From positions 1 to 58,063 of the forward strand of contig JAQTMQ010000004.1 in the NCBI GenBank assembly GCA_028714235.1: a stretch of 58,063 nt of DNA. The letters are read 5' to 3'. This document shows positions 1 to 8,713 of this stretch, one piece after another. How positions within the stretch are numbered: the first letter of the stretch is position 1; every line of letters begins with the position of its first letter. Position numbers and translations under genes: made by a program. The stretch comes from Candidatus Iainarchaeum sp. (GTDB lineage: Archaea > Micrarchaeota > Micrarchaeia > Burarchaeales > Fermentimicrarchaeaceae). A model generated the notes under the pieces. The model did no database searches. It saw only the letters and a list, made by a program, of their open reading frames with translations, and was not told where the DNA came from.

Positions 1-460
1 ATTTCATGCATACGACCATCAGGCGCGCGCCGCAATTATCGCAGTAGTCCCCGAAGAACGTGGGCTTCCCGCAATACGGGCACGCGATTTCGAGCCCGAG
101 GCCGCAGGCGCCGCACGCCTTGTCGCCTTTTTGGACGGGGTTCCTGCACCTCGGGCAGCGCAGGGGGCCTAGCGGGCTCACCTTGCCGCAGAACGGGCAG
201 GCTTTCGAGCCCTGGGGGACGAGCTTTCCGCAGTACCTGCAAGGGTGCTTGTAGCCGAGCAGGCCCGCGCCGCCGACCTCGCTTCCCATCCCGAATTCGC
301 CGTAGGGCTCGAACTCCTTTTTGCGCTTGAAGAAGACGACGATTATTAACGCGATTACGAGGAGCACTATCACCGTGCAGCAGCACACGTGGCTCCATCC
401 GAGGCCGTAAGGCAGGGGTAGGGGAGGCAGCTGGACCATCAATAATCCGCCGGTTGCCAT
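1..460 (-). CDS. membrane-anchored tandem zinc-ribbon protein (N-terminus in window, C-terminus runs off the left edge)
   Basis: Absent from the ORF track (no in-window stop). Hand translation from the reverse-strand ATG at 460-458 stays open to position 2: MATGGLLMVQLPPLPLPYGLGWSHVCCCTVIVLLVIALIIVVFFKRKKEF..CRYCGK..CPFCGK..CPRCRN..CGACG..CPYCGK..CDNCG. That is one TM helix followed by three pairs of CxxC knuckles. TATA-like TTAAAAAG (reverse of 483-490) lies about 23 nt upstream. Confidence 0.6.
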   Translation of the reverse strand, partial: MATGGLLMVQLPPLPLPYGLGWSHVCCCTVIVLLVIALIIVVFFKRKKEFEPYGEFGMGSEVGGAGLLGYKHPCRYCGKLVPQGSKACPFCGKVSPLGPLRCPRCRNPVQKGDKACGACGLGLEIACPYCGKPTFFGDYCDNCGARLMVVCMK

Positions 461-486
461 AAATCTAACCTGCACCCGCATTCTTT

Positions 487-2079
487 TTAACTTTTCTTCT
501 TCCCGGCGCCCGCGCCGGCCTTTTTCGCCCGGCTTTCGCGGCGTCGGGCTTTCCGCCCCCCGGCCTCGCCTTCCTCCCCGGCTTCCCCGCCCTCCTCCTT
601 CTCTTCGGGTTCCGTGCTTTCCGCGAACCCGGCCCATTTCTCCGCGTCGCTTTTCGCGGAGACGTTGAACGCGAGCAGGTCGCGCGCGTCCTTGCGCCAT
701 TTCTCCTCGCTTGCGTGGATGACGCGGCCGATGAAAAGGCTTCGCAGCATGCGGAGCTCGGGAATCTTGCGGACGGCGGCCGCGTACTTCTCGTGCCCTG
801 GGAGCTCGAGCTTATCATCGGGAAGGTATATCGGCTCGCGCCTGAAGTTTATCGCTATCATCGCGGCGCTCAGCCGCTTCACCATCTCGCCCGCCTTCGC
901 GTCAAGCTCGCTCATCCCGAGCCTCGCGTACTCGCCCCTTCCCGCGAGCCTGAAGAAGTAGGTCGCCTTGCTGCTCCCCTTTCCGGGCACCTCCATCGCG
1001 ACCGCGTTGCCCGGCTTCCCCTTGTCCGCCGAGTAAACCGGCACGAGGAACCAGAGGTAATAGTCGGCCGTCCCCCATCCGAGGCCCTGCTTCACGCCGA
1101 CCGCGGTCCCGCGCGCGCCGGAAAGCGACTGCAGGTAGTCGAAGCCCTCGCTAAGGCCGAGGTCGGCGAGCCTCTTCCCGATCATTTCCCACGTGCCCGG
1201 CGAGTGGGCGTCGAGCTCGGGCTTCGTGACCGCCCTCCCCTCCTTCATGCAGGAAGCCGCGCTCCTGACTTGGAGTGGGTCGGCGCCGGGAAGCAGCGCC
1301 TGCAGCGCGGCCTGCTCGTTTGCGAGCAGCCCGCCGTACGCCTTCGCGAGCGCGGAAGAGAAGGCGTCGAACTCGTAGCCCATCATGGAGAGCACGAGCT
1401 TGCCCCCGTAATCCGTGAAAACCTCAAGCGACTTCCCGGTGTCCGAAATCGCGTAAATCGCTCCGTAGGGCACGCGCAGGAGTTCCCCTTCCTCCGGAAT
1501 CACGACCAGCGCGGAATCGTAGAGGCGCGCGACGCACCCGCCCCCGCGCCCCTCCCTTCCCTCGGGCCCGGGCGAGTACGCGTATTCCGCCTCCACCCCG
1601 GACTTCACCACGTTCTCGTGCGCGAGCAGGTCCTCGAGCAGGAGGTTGTTCATGAACGACGAAAAGGCGCGCACGAAGTTCTCGTATTCGTACCCGAAGT
1701 CGTAAAGCGCGAGCTTCTCGTCCGACTTGAGCGCGAGCTCCACGCGGTAATCCTTCGCGGCAAACCCGGTCACGGAACGCAACGGGACGAGGAGCGGCTC
1801 CTTGAACTTCGGGAGGACGGCAAGGCTGTCCGAATAGAGGCGCACCTCCGCTTCGCCCGACGCATCACCCTTTCCCGGCGTCTTGAGCGAGTAGCCCGCC
1901 TTGAACCCGAGGCCCCGGCCCTCGGCCTTCTTCGGCTTCATTGCCCCAGGCGCGCCGCCCGTTTCCCCGGCTTTCCCTTTCGCGGGCTGACCGGGCGCCC
2001 GCGAAAACGCTTTCGCCACCTGCTTGGTCATCTCGCTGAAAAGCTTCTGGAAGCCAGCGCCCGCGTCCTCTCCCGCCAT
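487..2079 (-). CDS. hypothetical protein with an internal tandem ~65-aa duplication and a charged Lys/Arg/Glu C-terminal tail
   Basis: 530-aa ORF with normal amino-acid composition, unlike the overlapping shadow ORFs. Repeat 1 is EVRLYSDSLAVLPKFKEPLLVP..KLALYDFGYEYENF and repeat 2 is VARLYDSALVVIPEEGELLRVP..KLVLSMMGYEFDAF. I recognise no family. Confidence 0.6.
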   Translation of the reverse strand: MAGEDAGAGFQKLFSEMTKQVAKAFSRAPGQPAKGKAGETGGAPGAMKPKKAEGRGLGFKAGYSLKTPGKGDASGEAEVRLYSDSLAVLPKFKEPLLVPLRSVTGFAAKDYRVELALKSDEKLALYDFGYEYENFVRAFSSFMNNLLLEDLLAHENVVKSGVEAEYAYSPGPEGREGRGGGCVARLYDSALVVIPEEGELLRVPYGAIYAISDTGKSLEVFTDYGGKLVLSMMGYEFDAFSSALAKAYGGLLANEQAALQALLPGADPLQVRSAASCMKEGRAVTKPELDAHSPGTWEMIGKRLADLGLSEGFDYLQSLSGARGTAVGVKQGLGWGTADYYLWFLVPVYSADKGKPGNAVAMEVPGKGSSKATYFFRLAGRGEYARLGMSELDAKAGEMVKRLSAAMIAINFRREPIYLPDDKLELPGHEKYAAAVRKIPELRMLRSLFIGRVIHASEEKWRKDARDLLAFNVSAKSDAEKWAGFAESTEPEEKEEGGEAGEEGEAGGRKARRRESRAKKAGAGAGKKKS

Positions 2080-2110
2080 CCGTCACACCGTTTCTGCTTT
2101 GCGCGCTCGC

Positions 2111-2118
2111 TTTATAAA
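2111..2118. promoter_or_regulatory. shared TATA box (TTTATAAA) between divergent genes
   Basis: Near-palindromic TTTATAAA lies 26 nt upstream of the galT-like ATG (2144) and 32 nt upstream of the minus-strand ATG at 2079. This spacing fits archaeal leaderless promoters. Confidence 0.45.
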
Positions 2119-2143
2119 AGAGGGCGCGCTCAAACATATTTTC

Positions 2144-3079
2144 ATGAATGAAATCCGGAAGGATTGCCTGCTCGACCGCTTCGTCATCATCGCGGAGGGG
2201 CGGGGCAGGCGGCCCAACGACTTCGCGCAGCCGCGGCCGAGGCTGAAAGCGGGCGGCGCGTGCTTTTTCTGCCCGGGAAACGAGGGCCTCACCCCGCCCG
2301 AAACCGGGCGCGTCAGCGACCCGAAGGGAAGGTGGCTCGTCCGCAGCTTTTACAACAAGTTTCCCGCGGTTTCCGCGGATTACCCGTGCGCGGGGGGAAG
2401 CCACGAGGTGCTCGTGGAAACGAGGGAGCACGGCAAGCAGATGGCCGACCTCTCCCCAAGGCAAATCCGCCTCGTCCTCGACCTTTGCGCCGAGCGCACG
2501 AGGAAGCTTGAGGCCAACCGCGGGACGAGGTACGTCTCGGTCTTCAAGAACCAGGGCTCGGCGGCAGGCACGTCCCTCCTCCACTCGCACTCCCAAATCC
2601 TCGCGCTCGCGGAAATCCCGCCGCTCGTGAGGCGCGAGGCCGACGCCTTCAGGGAGGCTGTAAAGGAAGGCGGGGAATGCGTTTTCTGCCGCATGGCGCG
2701 CGAGGAGCGGGGAGGCCCTAGAAAAATTTTCGAGGACGAAAACATGCTCGTGCTCGCGCCGTACGCGAGCAGGGCCGCCTACGAGGCATGGTTCGTCCCC
2801 AAGCGGCACGCGCGGAAATTCACCGGCCTCGCCCCCGCGGAAATGGATTCGCTTGCGCTCATGCTCAAGAAAACCCTGCTGCGGCTGAACGCGCTCTTCA
2901 AGTACCCGTCCTTCAACTATTACCTGCATTCCGCCTGCCGCGGCGAAGACTTCCATTTCCACCTGGAGCTTCTCCCAAGGCTCACGGTCTGGGCGGGCTT
3001 CGAGCTCGGGAGCGGCGCGTACATAAACCCGGTTTCGCCGGAAACCGCGGCGCTCCACCTACGCGGGCGCCGGGCCTGA
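2144..3079 (+). CDS. galT: galactose-1-phosphate uridylyltransferase family (GalT/HIT-type hexose-1-phosphate nucleotidyltransferase)
   Basis: CFFCPGNE zinc-knuckle motif and the HSHSQILA (HxHxQ) active-site motif. Start taken at the internal ATG (MNEIRKDCLLDRFVIIAEGRG) behind the TATA box; the track ORF begins at 2024. Confidence 0.75.
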   Translation: MNEIRKDCLLDRFVIIAEGRGRRPNDFAQPRPRLKAGGACFFCPGNEGLTPPETGRVSDPKGRWLVRSFYNKFPAVSADYPCAGGSHEVLVETREHGKQMADLSPRQIRLVLDLCAERTRKLEANRGTRYVSVFKNQGSAAGTSLLHSHSQILALAEIPPLVRREADAFREAVKEGGECVFCRMAREERGGPRKIFEDENMLVLAPYASRAAYEAWFVPKRHARKFTGLAPAEMDSLALMLKKTLLRLNALFKYPSFNYYLHSACRGEDFHFHLELLPRLTVWAGFELGSGAYINPVSPETAALHLRGRRA

Positions 3080-4915
3080 AAAAAACTTTGCGACCACTTT
3101 TGACGGCTCGGCCGAGAGCACGAAGTCGAAGTCTTTCGGGAAGCACTTCCTGTAGTTGCCCCACGCGAAGCGCTCGTCCAGATACACCATGGCCGCGCGG
3201 TCCCTTTCGCTGCGCACGCACCTCCCGGCCGCCTGGATGGACTTGATTACCGCGGGATAGATGTAGCCGTACTCCCATCCCTTCCCCATCCGCGCCTCGT
3301 AATAGTCGATCAGCGACTTGACTTCAACGTCCATCTCCTGCAGCGGCACGCCGGCCATCACCGCGCACTTCATCACGCCGCCCGGGTAGTCGATGCCCTC
3401 GGAAAGGCTTCCGCCCTGCACGCCGCAAAGCGTCGCGCCATCCTCCTCCACGAACCTCTCGAAGAGGCGGCTTACGTCGCGCGGGGGCATGTCCGCGCCC
3501 TGGACGAGCAGGCCGCGGTTCGGGATGAAGGGGAGCACGCTCCTCATCACGTTGAAGGCGGGAAAGAACACGCCCACCTTTCCGGGAGTCGCCCCGATTA
3601 TTCTCGCAATCTCCTTCCCCATCTTCTCGTACTCGGATTCCTGCCTTCGCGTGAACTTGGTCGTGAAGCCGCGCGCGATGACGTTAATCCTGTTGAGCGC
3701 GCTGAAAGGCGAGGAGTACTCCCTCATCACGGCGCGCCTCGCGTCCAGTCCGAGCACGTCGCGGTGCATTTCAAGCGGAACGAGCGTCCCGCTCATGAGC
3801 ACCGCCGCGCGCGCGCTGTTGAGGACGCCCGCGAGCGGGCTCGGGTCAAGGCACCTCTTGGAAAGCGAGTAGCCGGCCGGCCCCGCCTTCCGGAGAATCC
3901 GGACGCTGGAAGAATCCGTTTCGTTCCACGCGTGCAGGAAAACGGAGAGCCTCAGGAGCGCGCTCACGGGCTTCCCCTGCTTTTCGATGAACTCCACGCC
4001 CAAGTCCTCGAAAGCGGTTGCGAGCGCCCCAATCTCGCCCGGAAGCAATGGCAGCAGCTCCTCCCGCGACGCCTCGGCCTCGCCCGCTTTCCCAAGCCTC
4101 GCTTCCGCCCACCCGTCAAACCCGGCGGAAAGCGCGCGCAGGTCAAGCGGGCTTCCGAGCGCTTTCGCCTCCTTCGCGGCGCGCGAAAGCATGAGCGAGT
4201 TCGCGCTCGCGGACAGGTATTCCCTGATGCGCGGCGCGACGTTGTGCGCCTCGTCCACGATGACCACGAGCTCCCCGAGCCGCTTGCCCGTCTTGCGCAG
4301 GAACGCGTCCCTGATGCCCGGGACGAACAGCTGCGAGTAGTCCGCGATTATCACGCCGGACCTTTCGCCCAGCCGCAGCGCGAACTCGTACCCGCACATG
4401 CCCTTCCCGCGGGCGAGCGCGGCAGCCTCGTGGTGGTGGAGCGCGCCCTTGACCGATTTAGCGAGCCCTTCGAACGCGGCAGAGGCCCGCGCCTCCTGCG
4501 CCCTTCCGAAGCCGCGCGTGTTCGCGTAAAACGGGCAGGCCGCGTTCTTGCGCCTCTTCTGGCACGCGAGGTAAAACTCTTCGCCGCGCGCGCGGGAAAG
4601 CGCGGGGTCGGCGCACATGTGCTTTTTCCCTACGACGTCCGTTCCCTTCAGCTCAAGCCCGTATTTTTGCACGATTCCGTTCACGACCTCGACCGCAATC
4701 CCGTGCTGCGACGTCTTGGGCGTGAGGAAGAGGACGGGCGCGCCCTCCTTTTGCGCGAAAGTGAGCGCCGCGCCAAGCGCGGCGTCCGTCTTCCCGAGGC
4801 CGGTTGGCGCGTGGCACAGGATTATTTTTCCCTGGGAAAGGGCTTCGCAAACGTCCTTCACGAGCGCGTCCTGCTGTGGCCTCACGGACGCGTGCCTGAA
4901 ATAGACTGAAACCAC
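3059..4915 (-). CDS. xpd: XPD/Rad3-family Fe-S DNA helicase
   Basis: Walker A HAPTGLGKTDAAL, DEAH box VVIVDEAHNV, and four Cys between them (C..C..C..C) typical of the XPD 4Fe-4S domain. The longest ORF reaches 5011. A GTG at 4915-4913 about 23 nt downstream of the TATA at 4938-4946 is the more likely start. Confidence 0.85.
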   Translation of the reverse strand: MVSVYFRHASVRPQQDALVKDVCEALSQGKIILCHAPTGLGKTDAALGAALTFAQKEGAPVLFLTPKTSQHGIAVEVVNGIVQKYGLELKGTDVVGKKHMCADPALSRARGEEFYLACQKRRKNAACPFYANTRGFGRAQEARASAAFEGLAKSVKGALHHHEAAALARGKGMCGYEFALRLGERSGVIIADYSQLFVPGIRDAFLRKTGKRLGELVVIVDEAHNVAPRIREYLSASANSLMLSRAAKEAKALGSPLDLRALSAGFDGWAEARLGKAGEAEASREELLPLLPGEIGALATAFEDLGVEFIEKQGKPVSALLRLSVFLHAWNETDSSSVRILRKAGPAGYSLSKRCLDPSPLAGVLNSARAAVLMSGTLVPLEMHRDVLGLDARRAVMREYSSPFSALNRINVIARGFTTKFTRRQESEYEKMGKEIARIIGATPGKVGVFFPAFNVMRSVLPFIPNRGLLVQGADMPPRDVSRLFERFVEEDGATLCGVQGGSLSEGIDYPGGVMKCAVMAGVPLQEMDVEVKSLIDYYEARMGKGWEYGYIYPAVIKSIQAAGRCVRSERDRAAMVYLDERFAWGNYRKCFPKDFDFVLSAEPSKVVAKFFSGPAPA

Positions 4916-4937
4916 GGGTTGATTTTGCGCGCGAAAC

Positions 4938-4946
4938 TTATTTATA
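4938..4946. promoter_or_regulatory. shared TATA box (TTATTTATA) between xpd and the surface-protein gene
   Basis: A/T word in GC-rich DNA, 23-31 nt from the GTG at 4969 (plus strand) and from the GTG at 4915 (minus strand). Confidence 0.4.
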
Positions 4947-4968
4947 GGAAGGGCGACGAATCCCTCCC

Positions 4969-6300
4969 GTGCAAACGACGCAAATCCGGCCCGCGGCCGT
5001 GCCCCTCGCACTCCTCGTTTTCGCGCTCGCTTTCATGGGGGAAGCGCACGCGCTCGCCACCGCGGGGAACGTGACCCTGACGCTAAGGGACGCGTCGCAG
5101 CGGCCGGTCGTTGGCGCGACCGTGGCGCTCGAATACACCTCGACCGCCCCCAACTTCGGCGCCCTGCAGAAGCGCGAGGTCCTTTATTCCGACGCGCACG
5201 GAATCGTCTCCAGGGTCGTGGCGGCCGACCTCGGCACGCCGATGACCGTCAACGCGTCCCATCACGGCGCCGTGGACGTTTCGGTTCACAACTGGAGCGG
5301 AACGATGAACCTGTTCGTGAACCTCCCGCTCGCCGATTTCGGGATAATCGTGATAGACTCGCAGAGCCTCCCCATACCGAACGTGCCCCTGGAGCTCGCC
5401 TACCCGGGCAACGAGTCCCATAATTTCACCACGGACTCCGAGGGCTACATGCTGTTCGGCCAGTACGACACCCGCAAGTCTTACACGGTGCGCGCCTTCT
5501 ACGGCCCGGCCGACCTCGCTCTCCGAATCGTGCCGGACGGCAACCTTAGGCACGCCATCCAGTTCCGCACGAACACGCTTGAAACCAGGACTTACGGCGA
5601 CGACGGCTCCCTGCTCTTCTCGACGGTCACCGTCTACTACAAGGGGGTGGGCGACGAAGCCAGGTCAAGCCAGGGCACGCTCAGCACGTTCAGGCAGATA
5701 CCGAGCCAAAACGTCACCGTGGTCGCGCGCTACGGGAACAAGAGCATCACGGACGCCTTCAACCTCACCACGAGCGCCCTGAAGCGCTACGTGTTCGACT
5801 TCACGCCGCCGTCCATTTCCGAGCCCGCGCTCGCCCCCGCGGATCCCGTGCCAGAAAACTCGGTGAGCGTGAGCGTGCAGGTGACGGACCAGGGCATTTA
5901 CGCGTCCGGCATGCCCCCGCTCAACAATTCAATTCCGCCCGTGGAGCTGTTTTATTCGCTTGACGGGGAGAACTGGGACCGCGCATACATGTTCCCCCAG
6001 CCGGACGGCGCCACGTACAAGGGAAGGATTCCTGGCCAGCCGGCGGGCAGCGTAGTGCGCTATTACGTGGTCGCATACGACAACGAGCGGAACACCGCGC
6101 GCTCGCCCACCTACTCGTTCAACACGTTCATCGGCACGCCGCCGGGCAACCAGACCGGCGGGCAATGGGAGGGGCTGGACAGGGTCCTGGGCACGGTTTA
6201 CGGGGAGAGGCTGCCGCTTCTGGCCGCGCTCGCGATAATAGTGGTAGTATACGCGCTCTCATCCTACTTCGCGCCGTTCGCGCCGCGCGAAGAGGAGTGA
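4969..6300 (+). CDS. secreted surface protein, sequon-rich, with a C-terminal TM anchor
   Basis: N-terminal signal peptide (PAAVPLALLVFALAFMGEAHA) and C-terminal hydrophobic anchor (LPLLAALAIIVVVYALSSYF). I counted 10 N-x-S/T sequons: NVT, NAS, NWS, NES, NFT, NVT, NKS, NLT, NNS, NQT. GTG start. Confidence 0.7.
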   Translation: MQTTQIRPAAVPLALLVFALAFMGEAHALATAGNVTLTLRDASQRPVVGATVALEYTSTAPNFGALQKREVLYSDAHGIVSRVVAADLGTPMTVNASHHGAVDVSVHNWSGTMNLFVNLPLADFGIIVIDSQSLPIPNVPLELAYPGNESHNFTTDSEGYMLFGQYDTRKSYTVRAFYGPADLALRIVPDGNLRHAIQFRTNTLETRTYGDDGSLLFSTVTVYYKGVGDEARSSQGTLSTFRQIPSQNVTVVARYGNKSITDAFNLTTSALKRYVFDFTPPSISEPALAPADPVPENSVSVSVQVTDQGIYASGMPPLNNSIPPVELFYSLDGENWDRAYMFPQPDGATYKGRIPGQPAGSVVRYYVVAYDNERNTARSPTYSFNTFIGTPPGNQTGGQWEGLDRVLGTVYGERLPLLAALAIIVVVYALSSYFAPFAPREEE

Positions 6301-6304
6301 CGCG

Positions 6305-8617
6305 TCAGGCCAGGTCAGCGACCACGGTCGGGCCAGCGCCCTCCTTGTCCCTCTCAAGCCGGTAAAGCCTCGCGCTTGCCGCCTCGCGAAGGCTCTCGTC
6401 GTGCGTTATCACGAACACCTGCTCCACGATTGACGGAATCCTTTCGCGCAGCGCCTCCACGAGCGCCTTGATGCCGTTCCGGTCCAGGTTGTGGGTGGGC
6501 TCGTCGAGCACGAGCCATCTGAGGTTCGGGGCCATGACCATCGCGAACGCAATCCGCAGCGCGAGAAGCGCGCACGCCCTCTCCCCGCCGCTCGCGAACC
6601 CCTCGACCGGAATCCACGCGTCCCCGGCCCGCACCTCGACAAGGTAATCCGTTTCGCTCGCCTCAATCCTCACCGCAGAGTAGTCGGCGTACGGGTAAAC
6701 CGAGGGCCAGATTCCCGCCATCGTCTCGTTCACCGCCTCTATCAGCTCCGCCCTTAGCGACGCCTGCGTTTCGACGAGCGCGGCCTGGATTTGCATCGCG
6801 AGCTCGAGCGCCGAGGAAAACCGCTCCGCCTCCGCCTTCTTTTCCGAGAGAGCGCGCAGCTCCTTCTCGTCCGAGGCCAGCCGCTCGCGCAGCGTCTCGC
6901 ATTTCGCGGAAAGGAGGCGCGCGGTCCCCTCAAGCGCAATCTCTTTTTTCGCCGACTCCTCAAGCCTCTTGCGCGCCGCCTCGAAAACCGCGGCGTCGAA
7001 CTCGGTTCCGGCCGCCCTCCGCCTGACGGACTCGAGCTCGCCTGAGACGGCCGCGAGCCGGGATTCGACCAGCTCGAGTTCGCGCAGGAAGGCGAGCCGC
7101 TCGCGAAGCGAGCGCGAAGCGGCTGAACGCGACTCAAGCGCGGATTCAAGCGAAGCGGTTTGCCCCGCGGCCCCGGAAAGCATGCGCCCGTTCTCCGAAA
7201 CCTGCGCTCGCGCGGCGTCAAGCCCGGCCCGCACGTCCCCGAGCTCGAGCGCGCGCTTCTCCGCGAACTCGGCGTCCCGGAAAGCCTTTTCCGAGGCCAG
7301 GAGCTCCTGCTCGCACGCGGCAAGCGCCTTCCGCAGCCCGGACGCGCGCGCCTCAAGCCCGGCAGCCTCGCGCTCGCGCTCGCCGCAAAGCTTCCCGCGG
7401 AGGCCTTCGTCAATCTCCCTGTTGCAGACCGGGCAGCTGCAGCCGGCGGAGCCGAGGCCGGCGAGCGCGGACTCGCAAACCCGCTTCCGCGCGGACGCAT
7501 CGGCGAGGGAGCCGAGGATTTCCTCGCGCCGCGCCTTCAGCCCGGCGGCGCGAGCCCCCGCGCCCGCGGCGCCCCCCTCCGCCCCCGCGAGGAAAGCCTC
7601 AAGCTCTGCCTTCTTTTTTTCAAGCGCCTCGAGCTCGGACAGCCCGCGCCTGAGCGACGCGTCCTTTTCGCGCAGCGCCATCACGAGCAGGGAGTTCGCC
7701 TTCAGCCCGGCTTTCGCCTTCGCCTCGCTTTCCTCCGCCTCGCGCGCCGCGCGCCCGGCTTCCGCGGCGCCGCCCGGGGCGCCCCCCGCCGAGTTCCTCC
7801 TCCTCTCCGCGTCCGCGCGAAGCATTTTTTCGGAGTGCTCGAGGCCCGCCCTCTCTTCCTGCAGGGCATCCCACCCCTTTTTCGCGCGCTCCAGGCCCGA
7901 AAACTCCGCGCGAAGCCTTTTCCCCGCCTCTTTTTCCGAGGCGAGCCCGGACACGGCCGCGGCAAGCGCGCTTTCCGCTTCGGCCGCCGCCTTCCCCGCG
8001 CCTTCAGCGCGCGCCGCGAGCGCGGCGAAATCGGTTCCGGCAACCTGCCTTTCCGCCTCCTCTTTCGCGCGCTTCAGGCACCCAACCGCGGTCCCGGCGT
8101 TGGCGCGCGCGACCTCGAACTTGTCGATGCCCAGGAGCTCGTCGAACTGCCGCTTCCTTTCCCGCGGGTCGAGGGTGAGGAAATAGTCCATGCGGTTCTG
8201 CTCGGCGTAAATCGCCCTGTAGAAGAGCGCGTAGTCCACCTTGAGGAGGCGCTCGATTTCCGCGGTGACCTTTTCCGGCTCCACCGCGACGAGCGCGCCG
8301 TTCCTGCGCAGCTCGGCTTCCCCGGGCCCCTTCCTCCTGATTTCGCGCCTCACCGAGTACTCGGCCCCGTCCCAGTCGAAAGAAAGCTCGGCTTCCGCGG
8401 AATCCTTTTCTTCCGGCCTGCTCGTTATCACGTCCGCAAGCCGCACGCTCTTCCTGTGCGCGTTGGGGAACGTGCCGAACAGCGCGAAGGCGATTCCCTC
8501 GAGCAGGCTCGACTTCCCGCTGCCCATGATTCCGACGAGGATGTTCGTGCCCTTCCCGAACTCGAGCGAGGTCTCGGCATGGCTCTTCCAGTTCCGCAGA
8601 GCGAGGCGCCTAATCAT
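6305..8617 (-). CDS. rad50: Rad50 double-strand-break repair ATPase
   Basis: Walker A GIMGSGKSS, long Ala/Glu/Arg coiled coil, central CxxC zinc hook (CPVCNREI), signature SGGERACALLAL, Walker B LVLDEPTHNLD, and ITHD. Confidence 0.85.
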   Translation of the reverse strand: MIRRLALRNWKSHAETSLEFGKGTNILVGIMGSGKSSLLEGIAFALFGTFPNAHRKSVRLADVITSRPEEKDSAEAELSFDWDGAEYSVRREIRRKGPGEAELRRNGALVAVEPEKVTAEIERLLKVDYALFYRAIYAEQNRMDYFLTLDPRERKRQFDELLGIDKFEVARANAGTAVGCLKRAKEEAERQVAGTDFAALAARAEGAGKAAAEAESALAAAVSGLASEKEAGKRLRAEFSGLERAKKGWDALQEERAGLEHSEKMLRADAERRRNSAGGAPGGAAEAGRAAREAEESEAKAKAGLKANSLLVMALREKDASLRRGLSELEALEKKKAELEAFLAGAEGGAAGAGARAAGLKARREEILGSLADASARKRVCESALAGLGSAGCSCPVCNREIDEGLRGKLCGEREREAAGLEARASGLRKALAACEQELLASEKAFRDAEFAEKRALELGDVRAGLDAARAQVSENGRMLSGAAGQTASLESALESRSAASRSLRERLAFLRELELVESRLAAVSGELESVRRRAAGTEFDAAVFEAARKRLEESAKKEIALEGTARLLSAKCETLRERLASDEKELRALSEKKAEAERFSSALELAMQIQAALVETQASLRAELIEAVNETMAGIWPSVYPYADYSAVRIEASETDYLVEVRAGDAWIPVEGFASGGERACALLALRIAFAMVMAPNLRWLVLDEPTHNLDRNGIKALVEALRERIPSIVEQVFVITHDESLREAASARLYRLERDKEGAGPTVVADLA

Positions 8618-8713
8618 CGTGAAAACCAGCCGGTAGCCTTTTGGCGCGCGCCCAATAAATCAGTTCGCCTTATATTCCTGTCCTGGACAACCGTGAATCC
8701 GGGGTGCGTGAAA

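Noticed and set aside
715-3058. Long ORFs 715..2151 (+, 478 aa) and 1865..3058 (-, 397 aa)
   Set aside because: They are antisense or out of frame to the 487..2079 and galT-like genes. Their composition is dominated by Arg/Pro/Gly/His/Glu, as expected for shadow frames in GC-rich DNA, and they contain no recognisable motifs.
6969-8713. ORFs 6969..8186 (+, 405 aa, Ser/Ala/Arg-rich), the first 518 codons of 7160..9532 (+), and 6754..7500 (-)
   Set aside because: All overlap the rad50 coiled-coil region. The low-complexity Ala/Glu/Arg coding sequence keeps other frames open. Only the part downstream of the ATG at 8714 has protein-like composition.
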